From Podarcis gaigeae (Eukaryota): a stretch of 64,000 bases of DNA. The stretch is taken from the NCBI GenBank assembly GCA_964106915.2, contig OZ066914.1; one strand, written 5' to 3'. How positions within the stretch are numbered: the stretch's first letter is position 1; each line of letters starts with the position of its first letter. Shown here one piece after another: positions 37,407 to 49,865 of this stretch. The notes below the pieces were generated by a model, which worked only from the letters and a program-made list of their open reading frames with translations, made no database searches and was not told the DNA's origin. A program made the translations under genes and the position numbers.

Positions 37407-37510
37407 GTTTGTTCTTAAACCCAGGGATGCTTTCTTTTCAAGGTGCTCTGTTCTGTTGCAAGTGTACTATCGGTCACTAATTCTTTATTCATGCTTTGAT
37501 GATTTTATAG

Positions 37511-37789
37511 AGCCTCCTACTTTCATCAAAACTCTTGAGCCGGGCGACATAGTGAGAGGAATGAATGCCACTCTTCATTGTGAGGTTTCTGGTACTGGAC
37601 CGTTTGAAATCAGTTGGTTCAAAGACAGGAAACAAATTCGCAGTAGTAAAAAATACAGGTTGACTTCCCAAAAGTCTCTTATCTCTCTGGAGATTTCTTC
37701 ATTTAATAGTGCAGATGTTGGTGAATACGAATGTTCCATAGCGAATGAAGTTGGAAAATGTGTTTGCAGTGCAACATATATACTTAAAG
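37511..37789 (+). CDS. TTN: Titin exon 53 (Ig)
   Basis: AG/GT, 279 nt, EPPTFIKTLEP. Confidence 0.95.
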
Positions 37790-38803
37790 GTTAGTGAGCA
37801 AGTGAACAAACAAAACCTATTTTTAACATAGTGCAAAAGGAGAAAATAACTCTTTCGTGGAAACCAATTTTTCTTTTTTAGTTGTCTCCTTTCCTTTCCT
37901 TCTCTTTCTGTGTCTTGTTACATCTTGGAATCTTTTCTTATATTCTTGAATGCAGGAATAAAAGCAGAGAACAGATTTCATTGAAATTAATTCCCAAGCA
38001 AGAGGCTGTTTTACACAGTCAATTCAGTTCTCTTTTAAAGGTGACCTTGCCTTTCAAAACAATATGCAGACCAGAACACAGCCATCCTTTAAAATTCACA
38101 CTTCTTTGAATTTTGCAATGCAGTGTTCCAACTGGGAAATGAACACTAAAATGAAAAATAGTTTTGGGAAATACTGAATATTGGGCATTAAAAATGTGCA
38201 TAAAAAAATAGCATTAAAAATGTGTGTAGTAGAAGAAATTCATACTAAACTGCTGATAAATTTTCACGAGAACTTCTTTTAAAAACTGCAAACTGATGTG
38301 GAAATGTGAGGACTCAATTTAAGACTTTTAAAAAAGAGGAACTGATAGGTTTGCCCATCCCTACACATGATATGTAAAGAGTTTATTGCTTCTGTCAGCT
38401 TGTGATACAAATGTAAAACCTACCCAAGTCAGCATTCTAATTTGCAATGCTAATGCATCTTTTCATCTCCCATCCCCAACATTATCAGTACTCAAAATTC
38501 CACCAAGTAATGAAAGAGGAGCTCAAAGGCACTTCATATGTTAAAAATGCTCTTAGCATTCCCACACACTTACTTAAGAGTAAGCGTCACTGAACTCAAT
38601 GGGACTTACCTCTGAGTAGGCACGCCTATGGTTGGTCTGTTAGCCTTTCCTTTGATAAGTATAGTGTCATGAAATTAAGGGGTTTCCAACATAAAGCATA
38701 GCCAAAAGGCAAAATCTCTACTCCTGACATCCTTCTGAGAAGCAAGCTTTGGTGCCCAGTAAAAGAATTCCTCTTTTACTCTTCCTAGTCCCCTCATTTA
38801 CAC

Positions 38804-38923
38804 CAGTAGTGGGGAACCTGTGGTCCTCCAAGTGTTGCTGAACTACAATTCCCATCAGCCCCAGCCAGCATGGCCAATTTGTAGTTCATCAACATCTGGA
38901 GGACCAAAGGTTCTCCACTCCTG
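38804..38923. mobile_element. hAT-type MITE
   Basis: cagtagtggggaacc...ggttctccactcctg; degenerate 8-bp TSD ATTTACAC / GTTTACAT. Confidence 0.7.
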
Positions 38924-38931
38924 GTTTACAT

Positions 38932-39191
38932 CAATGATGGGGAACCTGCAGCCCTCCAGATGTTGTTGGACCCCATAATTCCTGACCATTGGCTAATGGA
39001 GTGGGAGTTGGAGTACAATATCTAGAGCAGTGTTTCCCAACCTTGGGCCTCCAGCTGTTTTTGGACTACAACTCCCATCATCCCTAGCTAGCAAGACCAG
39101 TGGTCAGGGATGATGGGAATTGTAGTTCAAAAACAGCTGGAGGCCCAAGGTTGGGAAACACTGATCTAGAGTGCCACAGGTTCCTCACCTC
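38932..39191. mobile_element. Older hAT-type MITE interrupted by the 39028-39163 insertion
   Basis: caatgatggggaacctgcagccctccagatgttg ... ccacaggttcctcacctct. Confidence 0.6.
39028..39163. mobile_element. Young hAT (Charlie-like) MITE, 136 bp
   Basis: About 58-bp near-perfect inverted arms starting CAGTGTTTCCCAACC; perfect 8-bp TSD ATCTAGAG at 39020-39027 and 39164-39171. Confidence 0.9.
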
Positions 39192-39447
39192 TACTTCACC
39201 TGGATTAATTTGCCTGCTGTCAAATGTAAGACATTTACTTATTGCTCAACAAATAATGGTCCCTCTGTCTCCAGATTGAAATGGTAAATTTCCCCCTAAC
39301 ATTCAGAGGTAGAAATCCATAAAAGACGTTGCCATTGTATCCGGAAGGCAATTTATTTTCTTTAAAAAGCCTTAAATGCAGCACCAAGCACCATATGATG
39401 CATTGATAGATAAGGGTTTTTCTTCCTTCCTTTCTTTTTCAAATTAG

Positions 39448-39726
39448 AACCTCCCTCTTTCATTAAGAAAATCGAAGATGTTACCGCACTCGCTGGGGAT
39501 GAAGTTTTCTTACAGGCAGCTGTGAGAGGCTCAGCTCCTATTTCTGTCTCTTGGATGAAGGGGAAAGATATTATTAAAGAAGATAACAAAGTCAAAGTGA
39601 CCTTTGAAAATGGCATTGCAACTTTGCAAATCACAGATGTCCAGATTAGTTCTGGTGGTAAATATACATGTCTGGCTGAGAATGATGCAGGAAGCCAAAC
39701 ATGTTTTGGAGAATTAGCAGTTAAAG
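39448..39726 (+). CDS. TTN: Titin exon 54 (Ig)
   Basis: AG/GT, 279 nt, EPPSFIKKIEDV. Confidence 0.95.
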
Positions 39727-39824
39727 GTCAGTGTAGGAGCACTTTAAGATCGCACAATTCTTCTTATACACAGGCATATTGTTCGCATTAGGTCTATAAT
39801 GACCACTGTTTAATTCTGTTATAG

Positions 39825-40103
39825 AGCCTGCTACCATTGTTGAGAGAGCTGAATTCATTCAGGTCACAGCAGGGGACCCAGCAACTCTGGAATACACTGT
39901 TGCAGGCACTCCAGAGCTAAAAACGAAATGGTTCAAAGACGGAAAGCCTCTGGCTTCTAACAAAAAGTATAGAATCAGTTTCAAGAACAATGTTGCTCAG
40001 TTGAAATTCTACACCGCCGAATTGCACGATACTGGCGAAATCACCTTTGAAGTTTCAAACGATGTTGGACGCAGTTCATGCACCACCTCATTTACTGTGT
40101 TAG
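39825..40103 (+). CDS. TTN: Titin exon 55 (Ig)
   Basis: AG/GT, 279 nt, EPATIVERAEFIQVTAGDPATLEYTVAG; absent from the ORF track. Confidence 0.95.
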
Positions 40104-40235
40104 GTTGGTAATCCAGCAGCGCTACTGCGATTTAGATGGTAGAACAATTAGAAGGCGGGAGGTGGGAGGGGACACTCCTAAAACACTCTTTTTGATATAT
40201 ATTGGTTTTCTTTTCTTTGCTGTGCCTTGGAACAG

Positions 40236-40523
40236 ATCGCACCCTTCCTCCATTCTTTACCAAACCTCTGCGGAACGTCGATAGCGCGGTTGGTGGCTCC
40301 TGCCACTTTGACTGCAAAGTATCAGGTTCTCTTCCAATAAAAGTGTCTTGGTTTAAGCATGACAAAGAGATCACTGCCAGCGCCAAGTATGCAATACGCT
40401 ACGAAGAAGGTTCAGCGTCTTTGGACATCAAACACCTGGATACCAATGACGCAGGAGTGTATTCCTGTAGAGCTACTAACTCTGCAGGGGGCAAGGAAAG
40501 CCATGGAACTTTAACGATAAAAG
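40236..40523 (+). CDS. TTN: Titin exon 56 (Ig)
   Basis: AG/GT, 288 nt, DRTLPPFFTKPL. Confidence 0.95.
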
Positions 40524-40656
40524 GTTTGACATCTTCTTTTGCATTCTCTTCTCAGTATCTCTTTTAACCGTTCTTTCCCCACCCCCTTTTTAACTCCTCA
40601 CTGCATTAAGTTGAACTACTGATTCTTTCCAACTCTTTCTTTCAAACAATGTGTAG

Positions 40657-40935
40657 AGCCACCTAGCTTTGTGACAGAGCCAGAGTCTCAAGAAATATCT
40701 CCCGGGTCAACAGTGCGTTTGAAGAGTACATTTAAGGGAACAGCGCCACTCTCTGTACAATGGTTTAAGGGTGATGCTGAGCTAACCACTGGTGGAGCTT
40801 GTTACATCATGACGGAAGCTTTGTCGAGTTACTTGGAGCTTTACGCTGTGAAACCTGCTGATTCAGGCGCCTATTCTTGCAAAGTCAGCAACGTGGCTGG
40901 TTCAGCCTCATGCAGTGCAAACTTGTTTGTCCAAG
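40657..40935 (+). CDS. TTN: Titin exon 57 (Ig)
   Basis: AG/GT, 279 nt, EPPSFVTEPESQ. Confidence 0.95.
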
Positions 40936-41050
40936 GTTTGCACAACTCTTTCTCTTATGATGATATGCTTGGGTGGCGATTTGAGGTGCCTCTTATTTTT
41001 CCTTAACCTCTTTCTACAACTCTTCTTAATAACATTCTTTAATTCCACAG

Positions 41051-41332
41051 AACCCGCTACTTTCGTGGAAAGACTTGAGCCGTCGCAGTTGATTAAGAAA
41101 GGAGAATACGCCCAATTAGAATGTAAAGTTACAGGCACGCCTGAAATTAAAATCTCTTGGTTCAAGGATGACAGGGAAATTAAAGACAGTGCCAAACACA
41201 AGATGACTTTGGTGGGCTCCACAGCAGTACTCAGACTCCTGGATGTCACTCTTGAAGACTGTGGTGAATATACATGTGAGGCAAAAAATGATGCTGGGAA
41301 AGATACCTGCAGTAGTGTCGTGGTTGTAAAAG
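41051..41332 (+). CDS. TTN: Titin exon 58 (Ig; 6-Ig super-repeat 2, position 1)
   Basis: AG/GT, 282 nt, EPATFVERLEPS. Confidence 0.95.
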
Positions 41333-41444
41333 GTGTGTGCAAAAGTACCCCTCCACTCAATTTTCTCAGCAAGTCTTTCGAGCCTTTTAAAGGTCCCAGA
41401 ACCAATTAACAACCCCCACTCTTTCTTTCTGTCTTGTGCTATAG

Positions 41445-41723
41445 AGTCACCTTACTTTGTCAAGGAATTTGAACCAAGGGAAGTGTTAAAAGACTCAGAT
41501 GTGATACTGGAATGTGAGGTCTTAGGTACCCCTCCATTTGAGGTCTATTGGTTAAAGGACAACAAACCTGTGAGGAGCAGTAGAAAGCACAGAATAAGCA
41601 TTGAGAATTCCTTGATTAGCCTCCAGGTTTTCAAGTTTGACTCTTCAGATGCAGGAGAATACCAGTGCAGGGTAACAAACGATGTAGGAAGCTGTGTCTG
41701 TAGCTCTGAGTTGGCTCTGAAAG
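41445..41723 (+). CDS. TTN: Titin exon 59 (Ig)
   Basis: AG/GT, 279 nt, ESPYFVKEFEP. Confidence 0.95.
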
Positions 41724-41808
41724 GTCAGTACCGCCTGGAAAATATAATAATTTAATTCTGATGTTTAGTTGAGGCTAATACTCACCAAGGCATCTATTCT
41801 TTCAATAG

Positions 41809-42087
41809 AACCCCCACAATTTGTGAAGAGGATTGAGAACATTAGCTCACTTAGAGGAGGCACAATAGTGTTTCAAGCAACTATTAAAGGTTCCATGCCT
41901 ATAACAGTCTCTTGGCTGAAAGATAATGATGACATTGTTGAAGACGATAACACCAAAATGACCTTTGTGAACAATGTGGCCACTCTTATGATCAGGGCCA
42001 TAGAAGTGAAGCACGATGGGAAATATTTTTGCCAGGCTAAAAACGATGCTGGAATCCAAAGATGTTCTGCTTTACTAACAGTAAAAG
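41809..42087 (+). CDS. TTN: Titin exon 60 (Ig)
   Basis: AG/GT, 279 nt, EPPQFVKRIEN. Confidence 0.95.
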
Positions 42088-42191
42088 GTTTGTAGAGCTT
42101 CCTCCCGCCTCCTTAATTTATAGCATCGTGTTTTGCTAACATCTACACTTCAAGTCACCCAGACTCATATTTGCTCCTGTATTTATCACAG

Positions 42192-42470
42192 AGGCAGCCA
42201 CCATCACTGATAAAGCTGTTTCAATTGATGTCACGGAAGGCGACCCAGCCACATTGCAGTGTAGATTTTCAGGAACAAAAGATATTACTGCCAAGTGGTT
42301 CAGAGATGGAAAGGAGTTGACTTTGGGACACAAATATAAAATCAGTGTTACCGATACAGTCTCTATGCTAAAGATTGTTTCTACAGAAAAGAAAGATAGC
42401 GGCGAATACACATTTGAGGTTTCAAATGATGTCGGAAGCAGCAGCTGTAAAGCTAGCATTAATGTCTTAG
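42192..42470 (+). CDS. TTN: Titin exon 61 (Ig)
   Basis: AG/GT, 279 nt, EAATITDKAVSI. Confidence 0.95.
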
Positions 42471-42616
42471 GTTCGTATTGTGTATCCCTCTTCTCTTGGA
42501 GGTGGGTCGGTTGGTGGGTGCTGGCCACAACTGCAATTCTTATTTTCTTTTTATGCCAAAGACCAGCAAAGTGGGAGCCTAATCTAATATATATCTTTTT
42601 GGTTTGTCTTGGGTAG

Positions 42617-42904
42617 ATCTGATCATACCGCCTAAATTCACCAAAAAGCTAAAGAAAATGGATAGCATTAAGGGCTCTTTTGTTCACCTTGAGTGTATAG
42701 TGTCTGGTTCACACCCAATAAGTATCCAGTGGTACAAAGATGGCCAAGAGATAACTGCTAGCGAAAAGCACAAGTATTCTTTCCATGATAACATGGCATT
42801 CTTGGAGATCAACCAGCTTGAAGGTGCAGATAGTGGATCTTATACCTGCGAGGCAACAAATAAAGCTGGAAGCAACCAGTGCAGTGCCCATTTAACCGTC
42901 AAAG
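42617..42904 (+). CDS. TTN: Titin exon 62 (Ig)
   Basis: AG/GT, 288 nt, DLIIPPKFTKKL. Confidence 0.95.
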
Positions 42905-43036
42905 GTTTGGACATCTTGTACTTTTTCTCCTAGGCGGCAGGCTTATTTGCCACGTCGCTTTGATTCTGGTTTTTGTTTATCGTTCCAAAATGAATGACCT
43001 CCCTCTTTTCCTGGTCTTTCTCCCCACTCTTTGTAG

Positions 43037-43315
43037 AACCCCCATGCTTTGTTGAAAAGCCACAGTCACAAGATGTGGTACCAGCTGCCAGAGTCCAACT
43101 CAAAGCTCTCGTGAGCGGCACGCCTCCCATACAAATAAAGTGGTTCAAAGATAGCAAAGAACTCCTTTCGGGAGCTTCTCGCTCAGTTTACAAAGATGAC
43201 ACTTCAAGCGTGCTGGAACTCTTTTCGGCCAAGACATCTGATTCAGGGAACTATATCTGCCAATTAAGCAATGACGTCGGGACAACAACCTGCAAGGCAA
43301 CTCTTTTTGTGAAAG
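43037..43315 (+). CDS. TTN: Titin exon 63 (Ig)
   Basis: AG/GT, 279 nt, EPPCFVEKPQSQ. Confidence 0.95.
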
Positions 43316-43358
43316 GTTTGCACTTTTACATCCCGGGTTATCAGTTGCGATTTGCGCA

Positions 43359-43440
43359 GCTCAATCCTATGCATGTCTACTTGAGTGTAAGTCCCACTGT
43401 GTTAGATGGGGATTACAGTAAGTATGTGCATAGGATTGCA
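43359..43440. mobile_element. Short hairpin-type squamate repeat (MITE-like)
   Basis: caatcctatgcatg..aagtcccact..tgcataggattg inverted ends. Confidence 0.55.
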
Positions 43441-43523
43441 ATCTACCTTAGTTTTTTTGGTTGGTTTGTGTTTTTTAAAGCCAATTACTATTTTCTAAAT
43501 AATTATTTTTAATTTTATTTTAG

Positions 43524-43805
43524 AGCCCCCTAGGTTTCTTCAGAAGCCTAGCCCTGTAGTAGCTTTGAGAAAAGGACAGTCTACCACTTTTGAATGCCAG
43601 GTAGCGGGTACACCGGAAATCCGTGTCCTTTGGTACCTTGATGGGAACGAAGTGCTGGACCATGCTAAATATGGAGTCTCATTTGTAGACAACATGGCAA
43701 CTTTTAAAGTTTCCAATGCTAAAGTGGAGGATAGCGGGACTTACATCTGCGAGGCCCGCAATGACGCAGGTAGTGAGAGTTGCAGCATTGAACTGAGAGT
43801 GAAAG
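43524..43805 (+). CDS. TTN: Titin exon 64 (Ig; 6-Ig super-repeat 3, position 1)
   Basis: AG/GT, 282 nt, EPPRFLQKPSPV. Confidence 0.95.
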
Positions 43806-43902
43806 GTTAGTTGCTAAGAATGTCTTTTCCAGTTCCTTCAGCCATGCGGTTGGGTTCCTCCCCTTATTTCTGAGGTTGCTTTGTTTTCTTCTACTACTTT
43901 AG

Positions 43903-44181
43903 AACCTCCCACATTTGTGAGGGAGCTAAAACCTGTGGAAGTAGTAAGAACCTACGATGCTGTGTTAGAATGTGAAGTCACAGGGACTCCTCCGTTTGAA
44001 GTGACCTGGCTGAAGAACAACAACGAGGTCCGAAGTAGCAAGAAATACACCATGACTGATCAGCAATCTGTTTTTGCCCTTCATATCATGAACTGTGATG
44101 TTCAGGATGCTGGCGAATACCAGTGCATTATTTCAAATGAAGGGGGCAGCTGTTCCTGTAGCACAAAAGTCAGTTTGAAAG
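43903..44181 (+). CDS. TTN: Titin exon 65 (Ig)
   Basis: AG/GT, 279 nt, EPPTFVRELKPV. Confidence 0.95.
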
Positions 44182-44308
44182 GTCAGTTCAGTAATCATAG
44201 TAGGGAAAAAGCCTAAGAAACATTCCGTTTGTTCTCTCACCTCTTTTAGCAAATTTTAAACTTTACCCAGGTTTCATTCCGGCTTTTTTATATTTTTAAT
44301 AAACACAG

Positions 44309-44587
44309 AACCCCCATCCTTCATCAAGAAGTTGGAAAACGTCCACGCTGTTTTGAAGAGCTCTGCTGTATTTCAATGCACTGTGGCTGGTTCTCAGCCT
44401 TTAACGGTGTCTTGGATAAAAGATGAAAGAATCATCGAAAACGATGACAGCTTCCACATTACATTTGAAAACAATGTGGCGAGACTGAAGATCAGGCATG
44501 TTGACCTCGGTCACAGTGGGAGATACACTTGTCAGGCAAAGAATGAGTCAGGAGTTGAGAAGTGTTTTGCTTTACTTTTAGTGCAAG
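44309..44587 (+). CDS. TTN: Titin exon 66 (Ig)
   Basis: AG/GT, 279 nt, EPPSFIKKLENV. Confidence 0.95.
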
Positions 44588-44692
44588 GTTTGTGAGTTTT
44601 GATTCCTATTTTGATTCCTCAGTAAGCACCAGTCTTCTGCCGGTTACTCATTGGAAGACTTCAATATATTTGTGTTTTTATTCTTACTCCAG

Positions 44693-44971
44693 AACCTGCT
44701 CAGATCATAGAAAAAGCTAAATCAATTAAAGTTACGGAGAAAGACCCAGTCACTCTAGAATGCACTGTGGCTGGAACACCAGAACTTCAAGTAAAATGGT
44801 CCAAAGATGGCAAACAACTCATGCCCAGTAGATATTACACCATGAGCTTTGACAATAATGTGGCTAGGTTCAGGATTGAATCCATTATGAAGGAGGACAG
44901 CGGCACATACACCTTTAAGGTTGAAAATGAGTTTGGAAGCAGCACCTGTGAGGCTACTTTGTCTGTACTAG
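44693..44971 (+). CDS. TTN: Titin exon 67 (Ig)
   Basis: AG/GT, 279 nt, EPAQIIEKAKSI. Confidence 0.95.
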
Positions 44972-45108
44972 GTTTGTATTTTGTTTGGTCAAAATGGAGC
45001 ATGTTCTTTTTCAATCAACATTTTAATTGCCTGTGTATTTTTCATGAAGAAGAAAGAATAAAACAAGGAATCTGATGCTACTTGCCTTCTTCCCTCCCTT
45101 CTGGGCAG

Positions 45109-45396
45109 ATCAAGCAATCCCTCCTTCGTTTACCAAAAAATTGCCAAAAATGGATAAAATTCTGGGATCATCTATTCATATGGAGTGTAAAGTCTCTGGC
45201 TCACTCCCAATTACTGCAAAATGGTTTAAAGATGGAAAAGAGATACCCGAGAGTGCAAAATACAGGCACCTGTGCCATGAGAACACTGTATCGCTCGAGG
45301 TTAATTACCTAGAGTTGACAGATTCTGGAAATTATACTTGCAGCGTAACAAATGTTGCAGGAAGTGACTCATGTAGCGCCGTCTTAACTGTGAAAG
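45109..45396 (+). CDS. TTN: Titin exon 68 (Ig)
   Basis: AG/GT, 288 nt, DQAIPPSFTKKL. Confidence 0.95.
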
Positions 45397-45636
45397 GTTT
45401 GGATTTCTATCTTCTTTCTATACACTGTATTAAAATATAAATCTTTTTCAACTTCACATCATTATCTTAATATCTTTGAATGTAGATCCCATTTAATGTT
45501 ATCTATACGGAACCTTTCTTTTCTTATTAACTTTGACACATGTTTTATTTCTCTTTATTGGTTTGCTGTGGCTTGCCAGGCCATATTTCTTGCTCCGGAA
45601 CCTAATTAGTTTTCTTTTGTTTCTTAAAACCTTTAG

Positions 45637-45915
45637 AGCCACCAAGCTTCTTGGTAAAACCAGAAAGTCAATCAGCTATACCTGATTCAACAGTGGAATT
45701 TAAGGCATCTTTAAAGGGAACACCGCCTTTTAAAATAAAGTGGTTTAAAGAAGATTTAGAACTTGTGTCTGGACCTAACTGTTTATTTGGGATTGAAGGG
45801 TCAACTGGTTTCTTAAATCTTTATTCTGTGGATGTATCAAAAAGTGGAAACTATACTTGCCAAGTTTCCAACGATGTTGGCAGCGATTCTTGTACAACCA
45901 CACTAAGCATAACAG
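45637..45915 (+). CDS. TTN: Titin exon 69 (Ig)
   Basis: AG/GT, 279 nt, EPPSFLVKPESQ. Confidence 0.95.
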
Positions 45916-46125
45916 GTGTGCTAATGTGTTCTGTGTTGCTCTTTTCTTAATTGTCTTCTGCAGTCTTTTGTGTAAATGTTTCTGAGTTACTTTTCTTCCT
46001 GCATTGCTAAAACTAGAAGTTAAGCGCCCTTTTAGATTTCTCTCCCCTCTTATTCTATATACCTTTCAACACAATCCCTCTTTTCTTCCAATTTACCTTG
46101 CTTTCATTTTTCTTCCGTTTCCCAG

Positions 46126-46407
46126 AACCTCCAAAGTTCATTAAGAAGCTAGACCCGTCTAAAGTGATTAAACAGGGCGACTCCACACGACTTGAATGTA
46201 AAATCAGTGGCTCTCCGGAAATCAAAGTGGTATGGTACAGAAATGACACTGAAGTCCATGCTAGCGAAAAATTCCAGATGTCATTCACAGATTCTGTGGC
46301 AGTCATTGAAATGAGGCATCTTGGTGCAGACGATAGTGGAGATTACATATGTGAAGCTCAGAACCCTGCTGGCAGGGCAAGCTGCAGTACTAAACTCCTA
46401 GTCAAAG
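46126..46407 (+). CDS. TTN: Titin exon 70 (Ig; 10-Ig super-repeat 1, position 1)
   Basis: AG/GT, 282 nt, EPPKFIKKLDPS. Confidence 0.95.
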
Positions 46408-47569
46408 GTTAGCAAACATGCCTTGGCGGACTTCCTTCTCTTTGACTAACTGTCTCTAAAAAGATTGAGATTAGTTCATTCTGATTCTTGTATGGCCAAG
46501 CTAACTGTTAGATTGCTATAACTGCCCATTGTGGACAGGGTCCTATTTCTCATCTAATTAGCCTCCAGGTTAATTTTAAACAAGTATTCTCTAACCTGTG
46601 GCTTTCACTCTTTCCCTCAAGAATGTTCAAAGGGATGTGGTGTATTTACTATTATTTATATAGGTTATTTAATTATTACAATATTTGTATGCCACTATTA
46701 AACCAAAAAACCAAAGTGGTCTACAACAACCACATAGTAAAAACTACATTTAAAAAAACAACAAAACCCAGAGATAATCAATTAGCTATTACAGAAAGAT
46801 GTTTTCTTAATTACCTGCATAAGCTTGGTGGCAATTATAACCCACTCTTCATTAACGTCAATGAGTGGGGTACTTAAATCAAGGCTGCAACCATCAGTCA
46901 ATCAAATATGCACCACAACACTGAGAGGGTGACAAAACTCCTCCTCCAGTCAACTAATCAAATGCTTGAGTAGATGTCAGGTTTGGCGTCCACTGAATCT
47001 GCAAGAGGCAGCAGTGACCATCCCAGCTCTCTGCCTCTTACAGAAAGGATAAGTAATCAGTCAGTTGGACTACATTCCATGTGAAAGGAGGAGAAAAGGG
47101 TTGTTAAATGCATTCCTGCACTCACCCTTTTGGCTCAGCATTCCAGGATGGTCATTGCTTTTATTACTGAAATGACCAATTACCCTATTCCGGGTGGGCA
47201 ACAGTTGCAGCCTCTTGCGGGCTGGCTGCCAGCCATTCCCAAGTGCTGGGACTTGTGTGCACACTGAAGATCATTCGGCCAGCTGCATTGCAGGGCGGGA
47301 TTGCCCACCAAATACACTAAACTTCCCAGTCATGGGCATCTTAGTGGGTGGAGCTTTGCTGGCAGACTGGGACATGCATGCTTCCATTCCAGTCCATTGG
47401 CTACCTTTAAAAACCAGCTGTGAAAAGAAAAGGTGCTTCTTCAGCTGCATGCATGCCTTGGCAGTGGAACAGATACATATATGGCAATTCTCACATTATA
47501 TTCATATTAAAGGTATATATATTGAGGTAACTTTCTTTAAATGATACCTGATTCTTTCTTTCATCCTAG

Positions 47570-47848
47570 AACCACCCATCTTTAGCAGGAAGCCGTCTCC
47601 AGTAGATACACTCAAGGGTACTGAGGTTAGCCTTGAATGTGAGATTTCTGGGACACCACCTTTTGATATTACGTGGTATAAGGATAAGAGGCAAATCCGT
47701 AGCAGTAAAAAGTACAAAGTCGCATCCAAAAACTATCATGCAAGTGTTCACATTCTTAATATTGAAGTATCTGACATTGGTGAATACCAGTGCAAAGCTC
47801 AGAACGATGTCGGAAGCGACACTTGCGTTTGTATGGTAAAACTTAAAG
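47570..47848 (+). CDS. TTN: Titin exon 71 (Ig)
   Basis: AG/GT, 279 nt, EPPIFSRKPSPVDTLKG. Confidence 0.95.
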
Positions 47849-47952
47849 GTAGGTATTATTTGAGGAAATACGGTGTGCAATCATCGTTGTCTTTATAAAA
47901 ATGCACAATTCTTGTTGGAACTCTTGATGCCCATTGGCTCTTTCCTCTTCAG

Positions 47953-48234
47953 AACCACCAAAATTTGTGACCAAAATTAACAACCTTACTGTTGTGGTGG
48001 GTGAACCAGTAGAGTTGCAGGCCACCTTGGAAGGCTCTCAGCCGATTTCAGTGACGTGGCTCAAGGACAAAGAAGAGGTCATCAGAGAAAGTGCTAACAG
48101 GACAATAACATACGTGGAAAATGTTGCCACTTTGCAGCTTGCCAAAGCAGAACCAGCAAGCGCTGGGAAGTATATCTGTCAAATCAGTAATGATGCTGGA
48201 ACCCGGGAGTGCATAGCAACTTTAACCGTTCTAG
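47953..48234 (+). CDS. TTN: Titin exon 72 (Ig)
   Basis: AG/GT, 282 nt, EPPKFVTKINNL. Confidence 0.95.
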
Positions 48235-48681
48235 GTTGGTAATGACACAAACTTGGCTTTTTATTTTCTTTAAAAGAGAGAGAGAGAGAGTTACTTTTAA
48301 AAGATGGGAAGGCTAAATAACATTCAGAGCCTTGAGGTTGTGAGGGGGGCATGTCATCAGTGTACATGGTGCATTACAGAGTATTGGAGAACAGGTTCTG
48401 AAGCAAAATGTTCAGGTAACCCATTGGGGGCTTTGTACTGCTCTGCTCCTATTGGTTGGGCAGTCAGCTCCTCTTCTCTGAAAGACAGATAAGTGGCACG
48501 GTGGTGTTTACAGTGTTTCTCAATTCTAGAAAAGAAAAGCCATTAAAAGCTTTGTAGTGGCTCCTTTCCAAAGCAGAAAACTGTGGCTTTAGAGAAGTGA
48601 TTTCTGTAATTGCAGTATTAAGCCATGTGGCTAAGGAGACAGTGATATTCACAGGTAGATATTGCTTGAATCTCTTTCCAG

Positions 48682-48960
48682 AGCCAGCTGTCATCACTGA
48701 GAAGGCAGAACCAATGAAAGTCACCGTCGGAGACATTTGTACCCTAGAGTGCAAAGTGGGTGGAACACCAGAACTTTCAATAGGCTGGTTTAAGGATGGA
48801 AAAGAATTAACAACTAGCAACAAATACAAAATTACCTTCTACAACAAAGTGTCCACACTTAAAATTATTGATTCAGAAATGGAAGACAGTGGCTTATACA
48901 CTTTCGAGGTGCAGAACAATGTTGGCAAAAGCAGCTGCACAGCTTCCGTTGATGTTCTGG
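48682..48960 (+). CDS. TTN: Titin exon 73 (Ig)
   Basis: AG/GT, 279 nt, EPAVITEKAEPM. Confidence 0.95.
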
Positions 48961-49055
48961 GTCAGTTCTGTTGCTTCTCTTCATTGTATTCCCACCAGAA
49001 AATGGTTCTCCTTTGTGGGGTCCTCATTTTCTTTTGTTTACCTCCTCTTACACAG

Positions 49056-49343
49056 ATCGGATTATTCCACCTTCTTTCACAAGAAAACTTAAAGAAACTC
49101 ATGGTGTACTGGCTTCTTCAGTGATTCTTGAGTGCAAAGTGGCTGGCTCCCTTCCCATTACAGTCGCTTGGTTCCATAATGGACATAAACTCACCAGTGG
49201 GGGAAAACATCAAATCTCATTTTCAGACCATGTTTGCAGTTTGCAGATTGGTTCACTGAACTCATCTGATACAGGAACTTATGCATGTAAAGCTGCTAAT
49301 GTGGCAGGCTCTGATGAAACCAAGGCTGCTTTGATTGTACAAG
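49056..49343 (+). CDS. TTN: Titin exon 74 (Ig)
   Basis: AG/GT, 288 nt, [12 protein letters not shown]. Confidence 0.95.
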
Positions 49344-49498
49344 GTCAGTATTCAATAAGTGGCTAACACTTTGCAGAAATCTTCCATAATCTTTATTCTT
49401 GCAAAATTGCATTCTCTTTGATTTGAGGAAATTTTTATTTTCACTTTATGATTCCTTCATTATCGACTGATCTGTTGTTACTTTCGATGCTTCTTTAG

Positions 49499-49777
49499 AA
49501 CCACCCTCTTTTGAGAAGGTACCTGAATCTGTGGATATTTTACCAGGCAAAAGTGTTACATTTTCTGCTGTTATTAGAGGAACACCACCATTTAAGGTGA
49601 GGTGGTTTAGAGGCGTCAATGAACTCGTACCAAGTGATAAATGTAACATCTACTTGGAAGATTCGGTCACAGACCTGGAGCTGTTTGATGTAGAGCCACA
49701 ACAAAGTGGAGAATATACTTGTGTTGTGACTAATGAGGCTGGCAAAGTGTCTTGTACGGCACATCTTTCTGTAAAAG
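49499..49777 (+). CDS. TTN: Titin exon 75 (Ig)
   Basis: AG/GT, 279 nt, EPPSFEKVPESV. Confidence 0.95.
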
Positions 49778-49865
49778 GTTGGTATAGGTTGCACTTTTTC
49801 GGTTTGGATTGTTTAGGTGTTTGTGCAGTGTTGATGCCAATACTTGACTTCTTATTGCTCACCAG

